Virus record (IMG/VR): IMGVR_UViG_3300001580_000006
Coordinates: 32,001-96,000 of that record
Direction: 5' to 3' (one strand)
Source of the DNA: a virus
Taxonomy: Duplodnaviria; Caudoviricetes
DNA length: 64,000 nucleotides
The notes below the pieces were generated by a model that saw only the letters and a list, made by a program, of their open reading frames with translations, did no database searches and was not told where the DNA came from. This document shows positions 17,201 through 26,400 of this stretch, one piece after another; the first letter of the stretch is position 1, and every line of letters begins with the position of its first letter. A program made the position numbers and the translations under genes.

Positions 17201-20194
17201 CTACCGAGGGTATCGCTGCAGACACCGGTTGGTATAGAGGGCAGCTCCATAATTATGCAGCGCGGTAAGTTTACATTATCCCCGGCCAACAAACAGTTTG
17301 ATGCACTTTTCAGATACTCACGGCGCAAATATGGCCACGAGGCAGCACTGGCCGTTGGCGGAGAATTCGGCCGTACAAACTCCATGCAGCTATTTATTGA
17401 GGGAACTGCAATGAACGCAGTTGCCTCTGGTAGAGACTCTACGAGCAGACAGGTCAGGGACAAAACTGCAGCAACTATGAGGTTACTTCGTAAGGTAGAA
17501 AGAAACCCAGATGACCTCGATTCCTACCAGAAACTTCTTCAAACTACTAAGGATCTACGTAAAGAACTAGGCCTGAGATATACTGCTACTAATAATCTAG
17601 GATCGGCGGAAGAGAAGCAGATGCTAAGACAGCACTTCCAGTTACCTGAATCTGATGCTCGTTGGGACAAGATTGTTGATACCTTGGTAAACGATAAGGC
17701 TGGTGAAGGTGTTATTCTAGAGCGTTTTGCGCAGAAGGGTTCGAAGCCGCTATACTACGCGTTGCAGTCGGAGTTATGGAAAACAAAGAGTCCACCGTGG
17801 TTTCAACTTTATGCTAACGAAGGAAACGTTAGGGCTGGTATTAAAATCACCAATGACATGTTGGTTGGTTTGCAAAATACGCACATGGTATCATACTTGA
17901 AAAGCCAGCTGGGGCAGACTAGAGAGTATCGTGAGATAGCCAACCTTAACGACGTTATGCGCAAGATGGGCGTAAGCGCCCGCGGCAACAGTGGCGGAAT
18001 GATGGCTCAACTCAGCACTGCGGCAGAAATGCCAGAGAATGCTGGCTTCTTCCAAGATGTCACTGATAGAATAAATGGTATGATACATCAGGTTAGGGAG
18101 GGCGGTGCCAGGGGCTCTGACATTATTAAAGCACGAAATGAATTGCTCGACGAAATACTGAAGGCCGGCAAGGTTCCAATATATACTGCACCAGGAATTA
18201 AGGTTCCAGTAGTGGTTAGCAATTTGGTAAACCCTGATCCTGTTGGCAACGTCCACCTTGGCGAAGGAGCCAGGACCTTATATAGTGCTATGAGCGAGGC
18301 TATTACTAGCCACAACGGTAGAGTTATTGACTGGGCCGAGAACGCGTCTATGGTACTTCCAAGGGCTCTTAATGAATACGGAGACTGGCTAAAAGATGTA
18401 ATTAAATCCGGTCGTCAGCTTGAGGGATCATACATGCCCGGCTTTGCTGCAAAGCCTATGGCTGATGTAAACTTCTATGATAAGGTAAAGACCGGTCAGT
18501 CGCCATTCACTATTGGTGTTGGAAAGAAAGAATGGAACACTATAGAGAAGCATTTTGGCAACCCAGCAGACCTAAAGTCTTGGCTGTTTCGTTACCCCAC
18601 CACTGGCTCCCCAAGCATTGTAAATTTCGTTCAAGCTGAGGCCGAGTCAGGCATATTTGTAAATCCTGTGCTAGAACTACTAATGAATATAGACACCGAT
18701 GATGATAAAATTTATACATCAATTTACTCTAAGAAACTCGACCAAGAAGCAATTAGTTCACTAGAAAAAGAAATAGCCGGCCTAAGTGGCGACAGCACTA
18801 GATTACCTATTGCAAAGAGGGAACTATTTAACATAAAACGACATATGGGTAGAATGGAGAAGGAGCTTAGTCGTCGCTCCATTACGCAGGCTCAGCAGTA
18901 TAATCACCTAGTCCGTACCTTTGAAAGGTCCAATGCAACCACCGCAGAGGGAATCCTTGCCGAGATGCAGGGAGCATATACGCAATTTGCAGGAAAGGAA
19001 TATAATATACTGCAGACAGTGGCGGCCTCTCGTCTGCCAGTTGTGCCACTGGTTGGTAACGAACTAGGTATGTTTGATACCGAGTCAGGCAGGCTTATAA
19101 CTAAGAGGTTCCAAGGTACCACAAATGCTGCAATATTTGGTGTGTCTAAGTCACACGCCCGGGCACTAAAAAGTATAGCCTCTAGAGCAGGGATGACGGC
19201 TAGTGAAGAGATTGTTAGGGCAGCCGCTGGCTTTGAGGACCCAGTAATAGAGGCATTGCGCACCCAAGGCTTGATTGGGCAATATACCAACGTAATGACT
19301 AATCTTACAGATTTGTACGGTTCTATGCGCAGAAACCCAGAAGCGCGTTGGGGCCTACTAACCTCCTGTAGGTTAGATGGTGAGACTATGGGTGATGCCA
19401 GCAAAAGGTTCAATACTGACATTGAGCTACTTCGTACTATGACAGATCTTCGAGAAGATGTCATAAAGCAAGTGAAGGGTAATGATCAACAGAAGTTAGG
19501 AACCTATCGTCAGATGGTTAATAAGCTGTCTAAAATAGGTACTAGTGAGAAGCTAGCTGAAGGCGGCGAGCCATGGCTCGAAGAATTGGCTGGACAGTTT
19601 GGCCCAAATGCCGAGAAAATGATTGAGGCTATGAATAGAGTCAACCGCGTGCTCTATGCTCATACTGGTGGAGCAGGAGTTAGAGATAAACTATTTGGTC
19701 GCCCTCTATACAACGAACTCGGTGAACGTATGTTTATGAAGGACTTTACAGAATTATCTGCTGGCTCCATTATGGCAAAGAAAGTCGAAGAGCAGGCGTC
19801 TAAGTCGAAACTTAAACTACCCAGAGAGGTAGCTATAGGTTTGGGTGTTCTTGGCCTAGTTAAGTTCTTCTCCCCCAATCAGATGAAGGTGTTGGGTGAA
19901 ATGCCTGGACAAGGCGGAGAGTTGTGGGACTACAGAAGCGGTAAGTCAGAACTACCATTCTTTACCCCAGTAGATGTGCCGCAATATACCTGGGAGTCTG
20001 ATGCCAGGGTATCTGGAATTGGCCTATCGGACCGTTTTAATAAGATAGCGGCATCTATTATACCAAAGATCCGTCGTGGATACGGAGATCACTCTAATGC
20101 CAGAACAGCTAGCAACGTTACTTATGACAATCGTCGACGCCTAAGTAGCCGGTTTGATTCTAAGTCGGTGTGGCAGGACGTCAATAGATTCTAA
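14249..20194 (+). CDS. Giant virion protein: putative single-chain two-barrel RNA polymerase fused to a DEDDh 3'-5' exonuclease
   Basis: Beta'-like barrel IGVGKKEW...WLFRYPTTG...GIFVNP....MNIDTDDDKIY (about 18431-18727). DEDDh motifs IDIET / HGGKIGD / HQPEID (15860-16414). Hydrophobic segments near both ends. Confidence 0.65.
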   Translation: MIKYSQRNRTYHKDDKKLYHIGFSAAGLGLTAFSAWSGYKYFMQKYATSSIGVAGFINHMRSNVTNMVRQTVAPSGAKVSKIRSPYMMATRALHPEINKLHDVAVAVRSRVVVESSEKQLSNYYSQIAKIVKKYNLNMTLDEIRTVVEESAANTQRNAYNYINVGWESVSVADSKKNAAKRFLRTIEESIEAPKAKFRMNRYRLSNYDEAVRTGEPLQRSVEFKKHWWRQYKDELSTTILAGRQSITATSIGRTAGLIYDKEGDKAIGSLAEPFRASIEQALGLAKRTSLTGQSGTEFIKQYTSELEARQYALRGVVGSSIETGTKDGYNLQSIINRMKSNLNSLKNYRPDGVPVIGDYNIEAVEMKDGYRYLKLTIDDSPYYFGLTKKRGFDFKRSPFAMETDLSRLTYGAKMGTTASELEILRDVTERLNSLPGQILGERNRLSEKTGLDKVFDKSNLRLKVKDILNRTLKFDRHETGREATNFQFNTRAMSRANVAQDWFGRVMTAHSNNPSRLTESLKTIMELASDKSKVATIDIETDISSKGKPITKLAVYKEGAAPLVLYTEAFGKQSAEAYMLTQGGMEIKNAGTRAVLQVRDAHYMALEKAGVVSKSTTAMAQQVQDYLKGVSTVTYHGGKIGDITQLAAAGINLQGKYKTVDSYKLAKSFDLGSKSLQALMDLHVTEQEFAEIQLQAENGIMKHLPGEVRGKVQAHLHQPEIDAMVTHKYMFGRKGVVNQVLTELLGSSTYTNAQIGELRAVLGEGFATTELLAKIRQRVGAKMASLSYLSSTGKKQKAQTILNLRSPMTAPQVTAQFFKDHHPIIVNEKLAGRMRITGLSSAFSILEDGSINESQASRLYERLAKPGMSQMFTGDAIKSDVMTIIGHPGMQLGGAVVSKTAAKSLMPVVEHTVDLEPGDSLSGFVIDYQKLINKPSRTQADELRLSDLGRELKRGFAKRANISDEDLVANFDNITFDIGTKEGGLPRVSLQTPVGIEGSSIIMQRGKFTLSPANKQFDALFRYSRRKYGHEAALAVGGEFGRTNSMQLFIEGTAMNAVASGRDSTSRQVRDKTAATMRLLRKVERNPDDLDSYQKLLQTTKDLRKELGLRYTATNNLGSAEEKQMLRQHFQLPESDARWDKIVDTLVNDKAGEGVILERFAQKGSKPLYYALQSELWKTKSPPWFQLYANEGNVRAGIKITNDMLVGLQNTHMVSYLKSQLGQTREYREIANLNDVMRKMGVSARGNSGGMMAQLSTAAEMPENAGFFQDVTDRINGMIHQVREGGARGSDIIKARNELLDEILKAGKVPIYTAPGIKVPVVVSNLVNPDPVGNVHLGEGARTLYSAMSEAITSHNGRVIDWAENASMVLPRALNEYGDWLKDVIKSGRQLEGSYMPGFAAKPMADVNFYDKVKTGQSPFTIGVGKKEWNTIEKHFGNPADLKSWLFRYPTTGSPSIVNFVQAEAESGIFVNPVLELLMNIDTDDDKIYTSIYSKKLDQEAISSLEKEIAGLSGDSTRLPIAKRELFNIKRHMGRMEKELSRRSITQAQQYNHLVRTFERSNATTAEGILAEMQGAYTQFAGKEYNILQTVAASRLPVVPLVGNELGMFDTESGRLITKRFQGTTNAAIFGVSKSHARALKSIASRAGMTASEEIVRAAAGFEDPVIEALRTQGLIGQYTNVMTNLTDLYGSMRRNPEARWGLLTSCRLDGETMGDASKRFNTDIELLRTMTDLREDVIKQVKGNDQQKLGTYRQMVNKLSKIGTSEKLAEGGEPWLEELAGQFGPNAEKMIEAMNRVNRVLYAHTGGAGVRDKLFGRPLYNELGERMFMKDFTELSAGSIMAKKVEEQASKSKLKLPREVAIGLGVLGLVKFFSPNQMKVLGEMPGQGGELWDYRSGKSELPFFTPVDVPQYTWESDARVSGIGLSDRFNKIAASIIPKIRRGYGDHSNARTASNVTYDNRRRLSSRFDSKSVWQDVNRF

Positions 20195-20200
20195 GTATTT

Positions 20201-20228
20201 TTGATTACAATCACTTATGTGGTATAAT
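20201..20228 (+). promoter_or_regulatory. Sigma70-type promoter, probably giving a leaderless mRNA
   Basis: TTGATT-16 bp-TATAAT with extended TG; the ATG at 20234 is only 5 nt downstream of the -10. Confidence 0.6.
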
Positions 20229-20233
20229 AAAGT

Positions 20234-20428
20234 ATGTTGAACATCGTAATTTCTTGTGGGTATGATGGCGATGCTGGGGCTTTAGCCTCAGCGATTGCAG
20301 ACTACATTAGGTCGCAAAGTGGCCAGGACATAACTGTTCGTGTAAATACACTTGATGACCCAAACACCGTGTCCAAGATAGCTGCACTAAACGCAGCACA
20401 ACTAGTTAAACGGAGACCCAATATTTAA
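20234..20428 (+). CDS. Small hypothetical protein (64 aa)
   Basis: Fills the gap between the promoter and the hub gene; TAATG coupling with 20428. Confidence 0.55.
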   Translation: MLNIVISCGYDGDAGALASAIADYIRSQSGQDITVRVNTLDDPNTVSKIAALNAAQLVKRRPNI

Positions 20429-23400
20429 TGGCATTTAAAGGCAAAGATAGTAGCAACGTACGCTGGGCAAGCCTACATGCAGTTCTAAAAGATAAGCTTA
20501 CTAAGCTCGAAGAACTTGTCAGCAAAGACGTCGATATGCCTCAGTTCCAAATAACTGACGGCCTTCGCACTATTCGCGAGCAGGCAGAGCTGTATGCTAA
20601 GGGCCGCACTAAGCCAGGTACTATAGTAACGTATGCGAAAACCCCACAGGCCCACGGGTTTGGTTTAGCCGTAGACGTAGTTCCACTTAAGGATGGTAAG
20701 AAGGACTACAACAACAAATCCGCTTACGATAAGTTAGCAGCCTATGCAACACAAGTTGGATTAAGATCTGGGCATAATCAGCCGTTTAAGAAGAAAGACG
20801 GATCTCTTTTTTATGACCACCCTCACATAGAGGTGTGGAACTGGAATACATATGTAGATAAAAACGCACAGCTCATCGGTGATGAGTTTGTATTTGACTC
20901 CAACGTACAGCAGAACCTTGATGTATATAGCCAGAATGGATTCTTCACAGACGCTAATTCTACCACTGTTTATGGTCTAGGTGCGTACGGCGACGCCATA
21001 ACATCGAAAGTAGATGTGTTGGTAGAAGATGATGCCTATTTCTATGAGGCTGTATCTAGCGCCAATGCTTATAAGGACGGTGCGTTTAGATTTGGCGATG
21101 TGTGGCTGTCCGTTCCACCAACAACCATAGATATAGCCAGCTTTTCAGCAAACCAAGAAATACCTGCATTTCGTACTCCTGGCAACCCAACTAAGCAGGG
21201 TGATCTTAGGGAGATGCGGTTTGATGTGCAGATGATATTTCCGCACGCCCAGACTATCAACGGCGAGCTAAGACCACTTATTGCACAGTTCTTTGCATCA
21301 CCCATTATTAGTGTTGAGAACCAGTTTGTGCAGATGGCTGCTGCTCCAGACATACAGCCAGCAGAAAGTGAAGTTAACTATGAACTAGAAAAGCAAACTA
21401 GTGCAGCTGACCTTACTGGTGCTAACTTCGCTACGGAGATCGACGCCTGGCAAAAGACGCAGGCAGATAATGCCAAGCTGTTTAGGGAAGGCAAATTTAA
21501 GGAACTAATAGATAAGTTTGACGGTGTGCCCAAATCGGAGAAGGAGCAGGTTGATCGTCTAATAGCCAAAGCCAAGAAAGACAGGAAGGTTCGATATTCT
21601 AGGTATGGGTGGGCGCTCAATGATGAACCACTTTTGTTTTGTTTCAAAGAATTACACATAAATACTGTATCAGGTTTTCCATCAGCTATTCAGGCACACG
21701 CCGTACTAAACTTGTTTAACTCACGCCCATTTTGCAAGCAAGTAGCGTGGCTAAAGGATTGGAGTGACGTCTCTGCACAGCTAACATACGGCGATCAACT
21801 TAAAAGTTGCTTACGTGAGGCTAAGGACGCAAGTACTGTAGAGCCCCCTGTAGTAAATCATGTATCTAGCCCAGAATTCTCAACTCCTTATAAAGACTAT
21901 TACTCTCATTGGCTTATAGAAGGCAAGGCTCTGCGCGAGGCTGATGGGCACACAGTGCCACCACTTAGTTCTAGCTTGAGTTCACCGCTACACCAAACCC
22001 TTGGAATGCTGTATCTAGACGAGTTTGATAATACCAACTTTGTCAATAACATTGTGATGTCTTGGCGAGGCGCGTCAAAAAGTATGCTTCAGTCAGAGCT
22101 GGAAAGAATTCGTAATACCAAAAACCGCCTTGTTAAAATTAAGGCTCAATTGTTAGATTATAGGGCAAAAGACTTTCCTGATATATCTAGTGGTTTTAGG
22201 GATGGTATAGCTGCTCTGTGGAAAACTCCAGCACTGTTAAAGCAATATTTTGATAGAGTGGTAGAAAAAACTGGTGGTCTTGTTTGGATAACAGCCGCAA
22301 CCTTAAAGGGTGATCTTGGGTTTAACAGCAAAGACGCAGAAGATAAATTCAAAAAATACTTTGTCAACACTACCGGCATAACAGCTTATGATTTGTATCA
22401 ATACGTAACTACTAAGGTTGAGGATAAAGACAAGCGCTGGCTTCTTACTAGGCTAACTGATCTCGTACTTCGAAGTAACACCACCCAGGAGCACGCCAAG
22501 ATAATAGATCAGTGTATTGAGCTTTCCAATGAAGCCGATAAACAACTCGGTGTATATAAAGATGGCGCCAGTTCTATCCACAGTATAGACCTATCAGAAT
22601 ACAGCGGCACGACCATATCTGGTATGTCAGCTAGCATAGCAAATAAATTTGCTAGAATACCGCTGTTGTCTGAGTTCATACCTACTTATCAACACATGGG
22701 TAGGTCAAACATTAGTGTTACAATGAGTCTTCAGACAGAAAATCTGGAGATAGTATCTGAGCTGCGCAGGCTAGAACTGGAGACATCTATAGCTCAGCAG
22801 ATGAGAGACCTTATTACGCCAATAGAGTTACAAAAGTTTATTCCAGGAAGTGTAGTCGCTGTTACTGGTAATGCGTTCTTTAGCATGTTAGGTGTACATA
22901 ACGTAGTGGTTGGCAATGTTCAAACCTCCACTGTTCCTAATAGACCAGGACTGTGTAACGTAACTATTGAATTTATTCAAGCAGACTATGTTCTTCACGA
23001 ACACGAGCAAATTCAACCATATAATATACTTCCAGCTAATCTTGTTGCTATCACAGCAAAAAGTATTCTTGATGCCGGTGATACAAAGGTAGTTGGCTGG
23101 CTTAATACGATTAAGAATTCTAAACCTGATTTATACAATCAGTTAGACTGGGAAGTAATGCCAGCATATAATGGGGTATTGGATCTTATTAAAGAATATG
23201 GGCAGCAGATAAATTATGATGTTGTTAATAAACTAACTACTGAGGCTACAGCCACAGCACCGCCATCCACAAAATCTAATGTATTATCTATAAGTGGCAC
23301 AACAAGCGACAATTTTTGGCAGAGTGCCGTAGAAAGAGCAGAACAGGCAACGCCACGCCCATATACTATTGGATCTGAACTTAAGAAAGTAAATACTTTA

Positions 23401-26400
23401 TCTTTTTTAAGTAGGGCCAATATAGTCTTCCTGGTGGTTATGGGGCACATTACCCTTTGGCAGACCATCAGAATTCTTTTAAGCAATAGACAGTATCGTA
23501 CTGATCTTAAGGAGATGTTACAAACATTAGTACCAAATCCTGAAAAGATAGTTAAAATATATGAAGACTCTGAAGTATACATAACCGATAGAGAGCGTGC
23601 GGCACATCAGGGGCGCTGTGCGCTACCAGATATACTACAAATACAAATACCAGGTTCACCGCCTAATAAAGAATTATATACACCAGGTGATTTATACTTC
23701 TATCGTGACTACTACATTAATAAGCAAGTAGTAGACCTAGCTGAGAGTATAATAGAGTGTGAGCATGGCCTACTGACTGAAACCTTCCACGATTTACTGA
23801 CAATTGACCTAGCCAAAACCAAGGATTTGTTGGCTGAGTACCGTGTTAAACTAGAGAGTAGCGCAGCCGATATTAAGGGCCTCGGTGCTACTAACAAACA
23901 GCTATTACTAAAACACGATCAGCTCCTAAAAATGTATAATGACCTAGAAGCAACATATAAGAAGTATGAGGATACTAGAAAACTACCACTGGGAATTAAT
24001 ATAGAAGCTATTGAGGGAAGCACCAATATATCTCCGGCCATGCTATATAAATATCAAGAGCTTCTTATAGGAATGGAGTCCTTTGGTAAAGTAGTGGAGG
24101 CTGTTGAAGCTGGTAAAGAATATAATTATGAGGTTAGTAAACCAAAGCCAGATGCTAATAGACTGAAGATGCTGGAAAAAAGATATAACTTTTTAAGTAC
24201 AAGAATCCTGGCTGGGATGAACAGCATAGACGTTTTGGATAGCACGTTTAATCCAGAGGTTGGCAGTGTTGGCGCGTCAGAGGGCTTGCGCATGATTAGC
24301 AAAACCCTAGGAGCGCTTCCACGAGATGTCGCAGAGACCGAACGGGGTATACTAAATGACGTTAAAGTAGCCATGGCCGCTGATAGCACGTTTTCACTAT
24401 CCAGGGCTTTTCCAGCTGTGAAAATATATCTTATAGAAAAAGATTCTCCTGCATGGATGCTTTTTGATGATTTTTATTCATATAATGCAGTTGTATCTAT
24501 TGATGTTCTTAAAAATGCGTACTCTGCCTCAGAGACCGCTATAATTAGGTTAAGCAACGTTACTAACAACTTGGCCAATACGACATCAAAGAACTATGAA
24601 AGACATGGGTTGCAAGATACAGCATCTGAGCAAACAGTCTTTTCTATTGACCTAAAACCTGGTGCCGATATTGCACTTAAATATGGTTATGAGGCGGACC
24701 CGTCTCAAATGCCATTTAAATTCCGTGGCACCATAGTAGAGGTGTCACCTGGCCCAATTACAGAGATTGTTGCGCAGTCTGCTGGCGCTCAGCTAAATCA
24801 AGTACCTTATCCAGTAAAGGATAAGAAGGCCGGATTGAATAGCACAACCAGATCTCTAGGTAACGTGGCCCTTAGCGTATTGGACGACATGCCAGGAAGA
24901 CTTCGTGGTCTTGGGGGCTGGGGATTAGACCAGGCCATACAAAAGAATGTGGACTCAAACAGATCAGATTCTAAGGAAGAGTGGGCCGAACTTGCACAAA
25001 AGCTGATAGGTATGCCAAGACCAATTGGAGCGTCTAGCAACGTTGGCGAGAATATATTTCTTCCTTTCGGTTTTAGTTTTATACCACTATGGCCCGCTAC
25101 TGAGTCTAAAACGTCCAAAAGAAATTCTGGTAATAATTTTGACTGGGTGTGCTCTGCTGGAAAAACTGGATGGGAACTTCTACAAGATATAGCATTATAT
25201 AATAGAGACTATATAGTTAAAGTGCCTATCTACAACGCCTGGCTAGACCCCAGATCAGTAGACTGTGATCTAAGATATACTGTTTATCTTGGGCCGCGTG
25301 ATGGTGTATATAAAAGCTCAAGCAAATCCACCGAAACCTCTGAAGCCGCCATCAGAAGGATTGTGGACTCGTTTGACACGAATTTTGCTTCTGCAAAGGA
25401 GCAGATGAAAGAACTACCAAAACTACTAAAGGTAGTTGATAAAAGGCTTTCTGCAAAGCAAGCTACAGCCTTACTAATGACTAAAGGTTTTGTACCATTA
25501 GTACACTCTGATAGCCCAGACAACACCAATATTTGGGGAATTGATTTTAGTGGCGCTGTAGACTATTTATACGATAAGCAATTTCTAGTAACGTGTTTGC
25601 ACACTTATGATAAAGATCTTGGCGCCGCCGCAACGTCTGGCGGTGTGTGGAGAGGCTGGGCACATAAGTTGATAAAAGTTTCACCTCCGAATACAATAGA
25701 GGTGTTCCCAGAAGCACTAGATAAAATAAGTGAGCAGATCAAAGAGCAACTCAAAATAGCTGCTAACGTATCAGCATCACTACTAGGCAGCCCAATTCCG
25801 CCCGAACAGAGTGGGCTGACTCACGCTGCTGGTGTGTATGAGCCAATCATAAGAAAGCACCTAGTGGACTCATACCACCACATAATATCCAACGGCCTGG
25901 TGGCCTCATCTAATAATTTCTATAATAGATTGCGTCTAATTTATCCAAATGCGGAACCTATTGGCGAAAGCAAGATGCGTGAGCTTGAGCTAGACCATGA
26001 ATTAAGCCACGACGTTAGGATAGATAAAGCGACTATAGACGCAATAAAATTATATCTTGGTACCATCAATACTGGGCTAAGAGAGGCGGTAGTGTCTATT
26101 GATGACGACATTAACCCAGATCAAATTAAAGAGCAGATATTGTGGTATGGCAATATCGATACTAATTTTTATGATAGCCCGTGGGTGCTTAGAGACAGTA
26201 GCCCATCTGGATACAACGTTCCTGAGCTGCACGAGGAGCAACTAACGCGATTGAAAGAGGACGGAGGTGTTGCTAAACCATGGTTTGTTGCAGCACAAGC
26301 TCTAGCCAAGCTTGCAGCAAGGATGTACTCTGGCTCACTGGTACTAGTTGGCAATCCAAACATAGAACCATTTGATGAGGTATACCTGACTGATGTGGCA

